From Polyangiaceae bacterium (GTDB lineage: Bacteria > Myxococcota_A > Polyangia > Polyangiales > Polyangiaceae), in NCBI GenBank assembly GCA_041389685.1, contig JAWKRJ010000033.1:19169-83168 (forward strand): 64,000 nucleotides of DNA, written 5' to 3'. Both the position numbers and the translations under genes were made by a program. Shown one piece after another: positions 51,667 to 60,780 of the stretch; position 1 is the stretch's first letter, and every line of letters begins with the position of its first letter. The notes beneath the pieces were generated by a model. The model made no database searches and had not been told where the DNA came from. It saw nothing but the letters and a program-made list of their open reading frames with translations.

Positions 51667-52518
51667 TCACCCGAGGCGACGCCGCTTGCGCAGCATCATC
51701 GTCTGGGTGGCGAAGGCGAGCAGGTGGCCCTCCTGATCCCAGACGTCGGCGTGCGCGCTCGCGTAACCACCGCGGGCGCGGGGACAGGTGACGTCCACGA
51801 GCAGCCACCCGCCGCGGGACGGATCCAGGAAATGCACGGTGAGATCGAGGCTGGGCGCGAAGAAACGCGCGTGCTTCGGACCGAGCCGCCGCGTGAGCGA
51901 CGACGGCATGGTGTCGATGATCGGGGGCAGGGCCAAGGGATCGAGCTCGCCCCCCTGCTCCTGAGGCACGAGGTAGCGGTACCAATAGGCCGTGCGGGCC
52001 TCCCCCGCCTCCCAGTCGTCGCGCCAGGTGGGCGCGCCGATGGCGAGCCGAAGCTCGACATTGTCGAAGAAGGGCAAGGTGCGGCCGAGGTAGCGGCCGC
52101 GCGGGCTCGCATCCTCGCAGGCCTCGGGGGGCGGCACCTCGGGCATCTCGCGGCCATGGGCGTCGGGGCCCTCGCGGAAGCGCGCGAAGGTGGCCGCGAC
52201 CTCCAGCCCGAGCTCGTCGCCCTCCACCTGGGCGCGCGCGCGGAGCTGGCAGGCGGCGTTGCCGCGACGGAGCGTGACCACCTCGATGCGCTGCGGGCCG
52301 GAGGGCATGGAGCGGACGAAGGTGGTGGTGGCGCTCACGAGGTGAAACGCCGGATCGTCGAGCTCGGCCGTCATGGCGCGGAGGGCGGTGGTCATCAAGA
52401 CGCCGCCGGAGGGCGTGCGGAAGCTCCAGGCGTCGGGGAGATCGGCGCGGTAGATCGACGTCTCGCCTTGGGCGATGCGCGCCACGGCGGTGGCGGCGCG
52501 GAGGTCGGAGGCGCTCAT
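51667..52518 (-). CDS. Acyl-CoA thioesterase II-like (double hotdog) protein
   Basis: 283 aa. The N-terminal half (FRTPSGGVLMTTALRAM) and C-terminal half (SLDLTVHFL...GYASAHADVWDQEGHLLAFATQTMMLR) match the TesB-like thioesterase pattern. Confidence 0.65.
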   Translation of the reverse strand: MSASDLRAATAVARIAQGETSIYRADLPDAWSFRTPSGGVLMTTALRAMTAELDDPAFHLVSATTTFVRSMPSGPQRIEVVTLRRGNAACQLRARAQVEGDELGLEVAATFARFREGPDAHGREMPEVPPPEACEDASPRGRYLGRTLPFFDNVELRLAIGAPTWRDDWEAGEARTAYWYRYLVPQEQGGELDPLALPPIIDTMPSSLTRRLGPKHARFFAPSLDLTVHFLDPSRGGWLLVDVTCPRARGGYASAHADVWDQEGHLLAFATQTMMLRKRRRLG

Positions 52519-52542
52519 CGCGGGGATCCTCGAGCAGCGGGG

Positions 52543-53820
52543 TCAGGCGCCGGCGAGGGCGTGGCGGAGATCGCGGCGCAGATCCGAGAGGTGCTCGATG
52601 CCGACGGAGATGCGGATCATCCCGGAGGTCACCCCGAGGCGCTCCAGCTCGTCGGGCGGCACGTCGGCGTGGGTCATGGTGCGCGGATGCTCCACGAGGG
52701 TCTCGGTGCCGCCGAGCGAGACGGCGAGCCGCGCCACCTCGAAACGATCGAGCACCCGGAAGGCGGCCTCCTCGCCGCCTTCCACCTCGAAGGCGATGAG
52801 CGAGCCCGGACCGGTGCATTGCCGGCTGTAGAGCTCACGGCGCGGGTCGTCCTCGGGCCAGAGCGTCGGGTATTCGACCCGCAGGACCTTGGGGTGCTCG
52901 GCGAGGAGCTGGGCGAGGATGCGCGCGCTCTTCGCCTGCCGCCTCATCCTCACGCTCACCGTCTCGAGCGAGCGCAGCAGGAGCCAGCCGATGAAGGGTG
53001 CGGCCATGGTGCCGAGGATGGTGCGCATCAGCTTGATGGAGTCGATGAGGCCACGCTCGCCGGTGACGACCCCCGCGATGAGATCGCTGTGGCCACCGAT
53101 GAACTTGGTCGCGGAGTAGATCACGAGATCCGCGCCGAACAGCGCGGGGCGCTGGAACACAGGGCCGAGGAAGGTGTTGTCGACGGCGGTGACGCAACGG
53201 CGGCCGCCCTCCGCGCGGTCACCGAGCGTAGCCGCGAGCTGGCTCACGGCGGCGATGTCGACCATGGCGAGGGTCGGGTTGGCGGGCGTCTCGAGGAAGA
53301 GCATCCGCACCTTCTCCGGCCCGATCTCGGCGGCCTTGGCGCGCATGGCCTCGTGGGCCTCGCCGCCGCTCAGCACCTGATGGACCTCGATGCCGTAGCG
53401 CGGCAACACGTGCTGGAGCAGGAAATGCGTCCCTCCGTAGACCGGCGCGGCGTAGATGACGTGATCCCCTGGCTGGAGGAGCGCGAGCAGCGAGGTGGAG
53501 ATCGCGGCCATGCCCGAGGCGAAGACCGCCCCCGCCTCCGTCTGATCCCAGGCCGCCATGCGGTCCTCGAACATCTCGAGGTTGGGGTTGTTGAGCCGGC
53601 TGTAGATGAGGCCCATCGCCTCGCCCGGCTTCTGGTCGCGCAGCCCATAGGCGACCTCGAAGAAGGCCTTGCCCTCCGCCGCGCTCTTGAACTGGAAGGT
53701 GGAGGTGAGGAACACCGGCGGCTTGATCGCCCCCTCGCTGAGCCAGGGGTCGTAGCCGAAGCCGAGGGCCAGCGTCTCCGGATTGAACGGGCGATTGCCG
53801 TCGCTGTGAGCGCGCTTCAT
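52543..53820 (-). CDS. Cys/Met-metabolism PLP-dependent enzyme (cystathionine gamma-synthase/gamma-lyase family)
   Basis: YSRLNNPN, ASGMAAIS, VDNTFLGP and the PLP-Lys block YSATKFIGGHSD. Start set to ATG 53820; the ORF maximum is 53856. Confidence 0.88.
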   Translation of the reverse strand: MKRAHSDGNRPFNPETLALGFGYDPWLSEGAIKPPVFLTSTFQFKSAAEGKAFFEVAYGLRDQKPGEAMGLIYSRLNNPNLEMFEDRMAAWDQTEAGAVFASGMAAISTSLLALLQPGDHVIYAAPVYGGTHFLLQHVLPRYGIEVHQVLSGGEAHEAMRAKAAEIGPEKVRMLFLETPANPTLAMVDIAAVSQLAATLGDRAEGGRRCVTAVDNTFLGPVFQRPALFGADLVIYSATKFIGGHSDLIAGVVTGERGLIDSIKLMRTILGTMAAPFIGWLLLRSLETVSVRMRRQAKSARILAQLLAEHPKVLRVEYPTLWPEDDPRRELYSRQCTGPGSLIAFEVEGGEEAAFRVLDRFEVARLAVSLGGTETLVEHPRTMTHADVPPDELERLGVTSGMIRISVGIEHLSDLRRDLRHALAGA

Positions 53821-53881
53821 GCCGCAGGGCGTATCGGACCTCGGCAGGCCCGGCAAGGGGCGCTCGGGAGACGCGGACTGG

Positions 53882-54469
53882 TCAGCGGCTCGCCACCCGG
53901 CGCGAGGTGGCAGCGCGCCCAGGACGAGCGGAGCGACGCGAGACCTCCGGGGGATCGGGGAGGTTGGGCCGCGTCACCTTCACCTTGGTGGTGGTGGGGC
54001 CCTTGGGCCGCCGGCTGCGCTCGCGGCCGCACCAATAGGCGTCGGCGGCGAGGCTGCGGCTGCGCGCTTCGAGGATCGCCATGCGCGCCTCGTTCTGGTC
54101 GAGCGACGCCTCGGGCCGCGCGGCTCGCGCCTTGATCGCCGCCGCCTCTTCGCGGAGCTGGCGCTCGACGGCATGCACCTGCGACAGCATCCGGTCGAGG
54201 CACCGGGCGCGCGCGTCCTTGCGCTGGGCCCGCGCTTGGCGCAGCCAGGTGTGCACGCGATCGCTGCGGATCGCCCCCTGCGTGGCCATCCCTTCGGCGC
54301 GCCGCACGGACTCGGCCCGCGCGCCCTCGGACGCCCGCTGCTGGGTTTCGGGCTTCTGCGTGTCGGCGGCCCGCGCCGGCGCCACGACGACCAGCGCCGG
54401 CGTGACGACGGCCAGGGCCATGCCCATGGCCATCACGAGGATGCTGCCCCAACTTCGGCGGTCGTTCAT
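53882..54469 (-). CDS. Exported coiled-coil protein (unknown function)
   Basis: MNDRRSWGSILVMAMGMALAVVTPALVVVAPARA signal peptide, then a charged helical sequence. Confidence 0.45.
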   Translation of the reverse strand: MNDRRSWGSILVMAMGMALAVVTPALVVVAPARAADTQKPETQQRASEGARAESVRRAEGMATQGAIRSDRVHTWLRQARAQRKDARARCLDRMLSQVHAVERQLREEAAAIKARAARPEASLDQNEARMAILEARSRSLAADAYWCGRERSRRPKGPTTTKVKVTRPNLPDPPEVSRRSARPGRAATSRRVASR

Positions 54470-54580
54470 GGCGTTCTCCGCTGCCCCCGTGACCATTGGT
54501 GTCGCGGTGGAGGCCGGCGTTCAAAAAATGTCCCCCTCCCCGCGGTGGCACGGGCGGTTTCGGGCTATGCCTCGCGGTGC

Positions 54581-55432
54581 GTGTCACACGGGTCGAGCCA
54601 AGAGCCGGTCGGCGGCGTCGCCGAGCGTGTCACCGTCATCGATGATCTCGCCGATCCCCGGGTGGCGGACTACCGGAACCTCAAGGAGGCCGACCTCAGC
54701 CGGCTGCGCGGCGCCTTCATCGCGGAGAGCGAGGTCGTCCTCCGCGTGCTGGTGAGCCGCGGACGCTACCCCATCCGCAGCGTGTTCCTCGCCGAGTCGC
54801 GCCTCGACAAGGTCGCCGACGCGCTGCGGGCCTTGCCTCCCGAGGTCCCGATCTATGTCGCGCCCCAAGCGGTGCTGAGCGGGGTGGTGGGCTTTCGCCT
54901 CCATCGCGGGGTCCTCGCGAGCGGGGAGCGGCCCGCCGGCGACGACCTCGCCACCATCCTCGGCGAGGCCCGCCGCGTGGTGGTGCTCGAGGGGCTCACG
55001 AACCACGACAATGTCGGGAGCGTGTTTCGCAACGCGGCCGCCTTCGGGGTGGACGGCGTCATCCTCGACGAGACCAGCTGCGACCCGCTCTACCGCAAGG
55101 CGATCCGGGTCTCGGTGGGCGCTTCGCTCTTCGTCCCCTGGACCCGCAGCCCCTCCACCGCGGCGAGCTTGGCCGCGCTCCGCGAGGCGGGCTTCTTCGT
55201 GATCGCGCTGAGCCCCCGACTGGATGCCATGCCGCTCGAGCAGGCGGTGCCTCGCGACGGCCGCAAGGTCGCCTTGCTCGTCGGCACCGAAGGGCCGGGG
55301 CTGACCACGGCCAGCATGGGCCGCGCCGACGTGGTGGCGCGCATCGACATGGCTCCGGGCTTCGATTCGCTGAACGTCGCCACCGCCACGGGCATCGGGC
55401 TGTTCGTCCTGCGAAGCGCAAACCCCGGCTGA
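54581..55432 (+). CDS. TrmH/SpoU family RNA 2'-O-methyltransferase
   Basis: GTG 54581. SpoU motifs LEGLTNHDNVGSVFRNAAAFG, LLVGTEGPGL and DSLNVATATGIGLF. Confidence 0.85.
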   Translation: MSHGSSQEPVGGVAERVTVIDDLADPRVADYRNLKEADLSRLRGAFIAESEVVLRVLVSRGRYPIRSVFLAESRLDKVADALRALPPEVPIYVAPQAVLSGVVGFRLHRGVLASGERPAGDDLATILGEARRVVVLEGLTNHDNVGSVFRNAAAFGVDGVILDETSCDPLYRKAIRVSVGASLFVPWTRSPSTAASLAALREAGFFVIALSPRLDAMPLEQAVPRDGRKVALLVGTEGPGLTTASMGRADVVARIDMAPGFDSLNVATATGIGLFVLRSANPG

Positions 55433-55444
55433 GAAGGACGGCCT

Positions 55445-57139
55445 TCAGCGGCGGATGACGATCCAGGTGGCGCGGCCGTTCTCGGGGGCGCCGACGCCGG
55501 TGGCGCCTTGCCAGCCGGCGGGGACGCGGGGCTCGGTCCAGCCGAAGAGCCACTCGCCGTCGCGGGGGGAGACATTGACGCAGCCGCCGCTCATCAGCTC
55601 GCCGAAGCGCTCGTGCCAGTAGGCCGCGTGGAGGGCGAAAGGGGGGTCGAAGTACTGGGTGAAGGGGACGTCGGCGATCCAGAACTTGCGGTCCTCACCG
55701 AACTCCGGGGCCATGGTGGTCGCCCGGTCCTTGAAGGTGATCTTGAAGATCCCGGTGGGGGTGGTGCTGTCCTTGACGAGATCGCCGCCGGGACGCGGGG
55801 GGCCGCCGAGGCCGGGTGACACGAGGGTGCTGAACACCGGCGTGAGATCCTCGTAGGCAACCAGCCAGCCGCCGGTGATGCTCACGAGGATCCACTTGTC
55901 GCCTGGCTTCACCGCGAAGGGCCGCTTGCCGTAGTGCTCGACCACGGTGGCGTCGGCGGCGTCGGCGAAGGCGAGCGAGCCGTCCGACAGGCGCACCTCG
56001 AGGTAGCGGGTCTCGCCCTGGGTCTGCTCCACGCCGGTGGGCCAGGCTGGCGAGCGCAGCGGGAAGCTCTCGCCGGTGGCGGCGATGACGCCGTCGGCAC
56101 CGCGGGCGTAGCGGGGACGAGGCCGCTCGCGGAACCAGGCGATGGGCAGCGCCGCCCCCTCCTTCAGCTGCACGCCGGAGAAATCGCTGCGCCGAAACAC
56201 GCGGACGCGATCGGCGGGCACGACCGTGAGATCGGCCGACAGGAGGAACGTCCGGCCGCCGTGGTCGAAGGCCTCCGTGAAGGAGAAGAGCGAGCCGTGG
56301 GGGATGTTGCGGCGGAGGACGTCGGGGGTCTTGCCACGCGCGCCGAGGCCGTGGCGGAGGAACTCGGGCACCGGATCGACGGGCTCGATGGGGGTGGTCA
56401 CGGCGAGGTGCTCGTGGCCCCGCGAGAAGGGAGGGAGCTTGGGGTGCACGCCCGCTTCGCCGAAGGACCACTCGTTCTGCCGCTGCTCCTTGGCGGTGGG
56501 GAGCCGCGCGTACATCGGCGCGCCGCTCGAGATCGCGTAGCGGTAGGGGTGCGGGCCCTCGACCGGCAAGGTGTGGGCGTTGGCGCGGAGGAAAGGCAAA
56601 TCGTCGCGCCGACTGACCGTGCGATCGTTGCAGACATAGCCGTGGGGCTCGATGGCGTAGAAGCCGCCGGGGCAGTTCTGGCCCGGGACGAGCTCCTCGC
56701 TGCGGAGCGCCACCACTTGCCCGATCCGCACATAGCCTAGGAAGCGGCCCTCCTTGATGGGCCTCGGCCAGATCCAGGTCTTGTCGCCGACGCTGACGAG
56801 GTGCGGGCCGCTGGGCACGGGGGCACGCGCGGGCTCGCGCCGCGCCGAGGCCACGGGCGTGCCGTCGCCGACCGGCCCCGCAGCGCGCGAGGTGACCTCC
56901 TGGGCTGGCGGCGGCACCGCGGCTTCGATAGGCGCGTCCCCGGACGCGGGCCCCGCCGAGGGACCAGGCTCGGGCGGCGGCGGGTGGCAGGCGAGCGCCC
57001 CCGCGACCCACGCCGCGCCCAGGCCGACGGACGCGCGGCCGCTGGCAAAGAGCGCCCGGCGTCGAGCTGTCGAGGTGCGCGTTCCCACGATCTTCGAGGG
57101 TGTACCACAACGCAGGGGCCTGGTCGCCGCGTCGCTCAT
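55445..57139 (-). CDS. L,D-transpeptidase (YkuD) family protein with long N-terminal domain
   Basis: ATG 57139 overlaps the upstream stop (ATGA). C-terminal YkuD signature FALHAAYWHERFGELMSGGCVNVS (His...Ser-x-Gly-Cys). The rest of ORF 55445..60661 is a shadow. Confidence 0.85.
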   Translation of the reverse strand: MSDAATRPLRCGTPSKIVGTRTSTARRRALFASGRASVGLGAAWVAGALACHPPPPEPGPSAGPASGDAPIEAAVPPPAQEVTSRAAGPVGDGTPVASARREPARAPVPSGPHLVSVGDKTWIWPRPIKEGRFLGYVRIGQVVALRSEELVPGQNCPGGFYAIEPHGYVCNDRTVSRRDDLPFLRANAHTLPVEGPHPYRYAISSGAPMYARLPTAKEQRQNEWSFGEAGVHPKLPPFSRGHEHLAVTTPIEPVDPVPEFLRHGLGARGKTPDVLRRNIPHGSLFSFTEAFDHGGRTFLLSADLTVVPADRVRVFRRSDFSGVQLKEGAALPIAWFRERPRPRYARGADGVIAATGESFPLRSPAWPTGVEQTQGETRYLEVRLSDGSLAFADAADATVVEHYGKRPFAVKPGDKWILVSITGGWLVAYEDLTPVFSTLVSPGLGGPPRPGGDLVKDSTTPTGIFKITFKDRATTMAPEFGEDRKFWIADVPFTQYFDPPFALHAAYWHERFGELMSGGCVNVSPRDGEWLFGWTEPRVPAGWQGATGVGAPENGRATWIVIRR

Positions 57140-58260
57140 GGGGCCCGCACGCAGTCGTTGGTGGCGGCGATGGCGGGCCCGGTGTCGATGACCTCGAAGT
57201 CGGTGGGTCGCAGCGCGTAGAGATCGTGGCTGCCGAGCAGCCCCTCCCACTTGTGCTTCGTGAAGCGATCGCTCTGTGCGGTGAGCGCGATATTGCCGCC
57301 ATCCGCGAGGGCCATGCCGTAGGTCTGCATGGCGCGCGCCACGACCCGCGCGCCCTCGTTGGGGAGCGAGGCGAGATCGAAGTCGGCGCGAAGCCGCCAG
57401 CGCCCGCCATAGATCGGCGCGGGCGCCGGCGCTCGCGGCGCGCCCGCGTGGGTCGCCGGCCGGGTGTAGAAGCCCCGGCGCATGCGCGTGTTGGGGAGGA
57501 TGAAGCGGATGGCGTGGCGGATCTCGCCGGAGGCGACCTCGTCGGCGGTGAACAGGAGCGGGGCGATCGGGAACCCCGCCGCGTCGGCGCTCGTGCATTG
57601 CTCGCCGCGCCCGACGTCGCCGTAGATCCGGGTCAGGTCCCAGACCGCGAGGCAGCCGCCGCGGAAGGTGCTGCCGCGGATGTCGGCGCGCCACATCTCG
57701 AAGAGCCGGTGGCTGCTCCGGTCGCGCACGATCAAGTGGCAGTCGCCGTCGCTCCGGCACGCGTAACCGGTCTCCCCTTCCAGAGCGCCGCCCTCGGGGA
57801 CGGGGACATTCGCCCGATCGCAGTCCGGCGAGTAGAACTCGTCGGTCGGCTGGAAGCGGCGGCGCGGCGTGCTGGCATCCGCCTCGAGCACCTCGATGGA
57901 GAAGTCGATGTGCATCTTGCCGATCCCCCAGCCGCCGTGGGCCTCGAGCCACTGGGTCATGGCCGCCGACTCCGGGTGCAGCGGGGCGTTTGCGATGGGC
58001 TGGTAGATCCAGCCGCCGCGGAAGTAGCGACCTTCGGGAGGCCCGGCCCCCGCAGGAGCCGCCGCGGGAGGCGCCGGCGGAGGCACCGGCACCGGCACCG
58101 CGGGGGCCGACGAGGGCGGCTCGACCGTCGGCAAGGGCGGTGGCGAAGGGTAGCCGCCGTGGTCGAAGCTCTGCGGCTCGGTCGAGGGATCGCGCCCGCC
58201 GTGGCAGGCCGAGCCGGCGACGAGCAGGCCGAGAGCGAGGGCGTTTCGGAGAGCAGGCAT
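57136..58260 (-). CDS. Lipoprotein of unknown function
   Basis: MPALRNALALGLLVAGSAC lipobox, a Pro-rich linker and a globular domain of about 290 aa with 6 Cys. Translationally coupled to the L,D-transpeptidase gene. Confidence 0.7.
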   Translation of the reverse strand: MPALRNALALGLLVAGSACHGGRDPSTEPQSFDHGGYPSPPPLPTVEPPSSAPAVPVPVPPPAPPAAAPAGAGPPEGRYFRGGWIYQPIANAPLHPESAAMTQWLEAHGGWGIGKMHIDFSIEVLEADASTPRRRFQPTDEFYSPDCDRANVPVPEGGALEGETGYACRSDGDCHLIVRDRSSHRLFEMWRADIRGSTFRGGCLAVWDLTRIYGDVGRGEQCTSADAAGFPIAPLLFTADEVASGEIRHAIRFILPNTRMRRGFYTRPATHAGAPRAPAPAPIYGGRWRLRADFDLASLPNEGARVVARAMQTYGMALADGGNIALTAQSDRFTKHKWEGLLGSHDLYALRPTDFEVIDTGPAIAATNDCVRAP

Positions 58261-58285
58261 GACGAGCTCGCGAGAGGTGAAGGCA

Positions 58286-58344
58286 GGGGGAGGTATGGCG
58301 GGGGGAGGTATGGCGGGGGGAGGTATGGCGGGGGAGGTATGGCA
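58286..58344. repeat. 15-bp direct repeat x4 (GGGGGAGGTATGGCG)
   Basis: Read directly (the last unit is 14 nt). It sits in the divergent intergenic region between 58260 (-) and 58448 (+). Each unit carries GGAGG followed by ATG. Confidence 0.9.
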
Positions 58345-58447
58345 GAGGATGCCCGTCGAGGAAACCGCCGGTTTGCCAGCTTTCGTGGGAGGGTCGACCG
58401 CCGCAGGCTATGGTGAAGGGCACCAGGGTGAGGTGGATGCCCGAGCC

Positions 58448-60721
58448 ATGTTGAACGTCGCCCGCCATTGGCGCGAGGCGGGGCCGCTCTTGCGCGCCGA
58501 GCTGATCACCACGAGCTGGGAGATCTTCAGCGTCCTGTTGTTCATCAGCGCGGTGGTTCCAGCGGCCTTCCGCAGCCCGTGGCCGACGCTGCTCTTCGTC
58601 GGCGGCCTGGTGGTCTCCACCCTGTCCGCCCCGCGCCTGGTCGCCATGGGGCGGCGTGGCTTCGTGATCGCGGCGGGGCTTCGCGTGGCCGCGTGGTTCA
58701 TCGGCGTGACGCCCCTCATCGGCACCACCGACATGAGGCTCCTCGTCGCCACCCTCGGCTTCGGGCTGATGGCTGCGCTCATGCGGCGCGCCGTCTACCG
58801 GCGTCTGCACGAGGCCCCCGCCGAGACGCTCTCGCCGGTGTGGCTTCGCTCGAACCTGCGCGCGCAGCTCCACGAGAACGCCGTGATCGCCGGCATCGTC
58901 GGGGGCCACGTGCTGCTCCTGTTCAGCGTGGCCTTCCTCCGCACCGAGAGCGTGGTGGTGTTTCGCGCCTGGTGGGAGATCATCCCCGCCCTCGCGATCT
59001 TCGGCACCCTCGGCTTCAACGTCGCGTCGCGGTTCATGACCGACGCGGTGATGGCGGGCCTCCGGCTCGGGTCGAAGGGCGGAGACAACGAGCTCCGCGC
59101 GGCCCTCGACCAAGCCCGCGAGGTCCCGCGCCGGCTCGCCTACCTGAACTTCGGGCTGTGGCTGGTGTGCATCAGTGTCGGCATCTTCTACTTCCAGCCG
59201 GGCCCGCTCCGCTGGAACTGGCCCGACGCCTTGATGCAGGTGCTCTACGGCTCCCTCTTCGCGTGGGGCGTGTCCTTCTACCAGCGCTTCTGGCACGAGG
59301 AGACCATGGCGCCCGTCATCGAGCGGCTCGGCACCTGGACCGCGGAGCCCGAGGCCGCGCCGCCGATGCGGCTGCAGACCCGGCTCCTGCGCGAGTTCGG
59401 GCTGCCGCTGATCTTCACCGCCGCCATCGCGCTCCTGTCGTCGATCGGCCTCTACCGCACCCTCGCGGAAAATGTCACCACCCAGGAAGATCTGAACGCG
59501 ATCACCGCGCTGTCGGCGTCCTTCGTGCTGCTCGGGATCGCGGTGGGCGGGGTCTTCGTGCGGGCAGCCCGGCAGCTGTCGGATCCCTTGTCCACGCTCG
59601 CCGCCGCCGCCGACCGGGTCGCGAGCGGCAAGCTCGACGCGGCCGTCCCCCCCATCACGGGGCCCGCGGAGATGGTCACCCTCGGCCGCAGCATCGACGA
59701 CATGCGCCGCGCCCTGGCGCGCACCATCGCCGATCTCGAGGAGGAGCGCGCCGGGCTCGAGACCCACGTCGAGCAACGCACGGCCGAGCTTCGCAAGACC
59801 CTCGAGGAGCTGAAGCAAGCGCAGACCGCGCTCATCCAGGGCGAGCGCATGGCCCTGCTCGGCGAGCTCGTCGCCGGCGTCGCTCACGAGGTCTACAACC
59901 CGCTCAACGCCATCGGCGGCTCGATCTCGGCGCTCGAGCGCGTGGAGGAGGAGCTCCGCGCGATGCTCGATGCCTATGCCGAGGCCGAAGCGCAGCTCCC
60001 GGAGGAGGCGCGGAAGGCGATCGCGGCGCAGCGCGAGGCGCTCGACGTGGCCGGCGCCCTCGACGATCTCCATGGCGTGGCCAAGGTGGTGCGTCGCGCC
60101 ACCGACCGCAGCGTGGAGATCGTGGGCAACCTCAAACGCTTTGCCCGCGCCCCCGCCGAGGCCCTCCCCGCCGCCCTCGACGAGGGCCTGGACGAGACGC
60201 TGAGCCTGTTGTCCCACCGGATCCGGATGAGCGGCGTCGAGATCCGCCGCGACGACGCGCCCTTGCCCGACGTGGTCTGCCGGGCCGGCGAGATCAATCA
60301 GGTGTTCATGAACGTGCTGACCAACGCCATCCAGGCGGCGGTGGGCCGCCGGGGGAGCGAGGGGGTCATCGCCATTCGCTCCACGACCACCCCCGACCAC
60401 GTGGTCATCGAGCTCGCCGACAACGGGCCCGGCGTGCCCGAAGGGCTCCGACAGCGGATCTTCGACCCGTTCTACACCACCAAACCGCGCGGCGAGGGCA
60501 CGGGGCTCGGCCTGAGCATCTCCATGGAGATCATGCGCCGCCACGGCGGCACCCTCACCGTGGACCGCGACGAAGAGCTGGGTGGCGCGCGATTTCGGCT
60601 CCGCCTCCCCCTCGGGGTCGAGCGCTCGCGCATCTCCTCGCACCCCACCGAGCCGGTTCATGCCGCCGCCGATTCAGAGAGCCCGCCCGAGGTACGCGCC
60701 GCCGCTTCCCGCGTGAGCTGA
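58448..60721 (+). CDS. Membrane sensor histidine kinase (multi-TM + HAMP + HisKA + HATPase)
   Basis: H-box LVAGVAHEVYNPLNAI, N-box QVFMNVLTNAIQA, G1 DNGPGV and G2 GTGLGLSI. Start at ATG 58448 because codon third positions upstream are not GC-biased. The ORF maximum is 58259. Confidence 0.88.
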   Translation: MLNVARHWREAGPLLRAELITTSWEIFSVLLFISAVVPAAFRSPWPTLLFVGGLVVSTLSAPRLVAMGRRGFVIAAGLRVAAWFIGVTPLIGTTDMRLLVATLGFGLMAALMRRAVYRRLHEAPAETLSPVWLRSNLRAQLHENAVIAGIVGGHVLLLFSVAFLRTESVVVFRAWWEIIPALAIFGTLGFNVASRFMTDAVMAGLRLGSKGGDNELRAALDQAREVPRRLAYLNFGLWLVCISVGIFYFQPGPLRWNWPDALMQVLYGSLFAWGVSFYQRFWHEETMAPVIERLGTWTAEPEAAPPMRLQTRLLREFGLPLIFTAAIALLSSIGLYRTLAENVTTQEDLNAITALSASFVLLGIAVGGVFVRAARQLSDPLSTLAAAADRVASGKLDAAVPPITGPAEMVTLGRSIDDMRRALARTIADLEEERAGLETHVEQRTAELRKTLEELKQAQTALIQGERMALLGELVAGVAHEVYNPLNAIGGSISALERVEEELRAMLDAYAEAEAQLPEEARKAIAAQREALDVAGALDDLHGVAKVVRRATDRSVEIVGNLKRFARAPAEALPAALDEGLDETLSLLSHRIRMSGVEIRRDDAPLPDVVCRAGEINQVFMNVLTNAIQAAVGRRGSEGVIAIRSTTTPDHVVIELADNGPGVPEGLRQRIFDPFYTTKPRGEGTGLGLSISMEIMRRHGGTLTVDRDEELGGARFRLRLPLGVERSRISSHPTEPVHAAADSESPPEVRAAASRVS

Positions 60722-60780
60722 TCGGCCTCGGGATTGGGCGCCCGAGATCCCGGTGGGCCTTTCACGGGCCGTGTACTAGG

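Noticed and set aside
55445-60661. 1738-aa minus-strand ORF suggesting a giant protein
   Set aside because: Only the last 564 codons (the L,D-transpeptidase, from ATG 57139) look like protein. Upstream it reads through the lipoprotein gene in another frame and antisense to the histidine kinase, giving RG/EH-rich nonsense.
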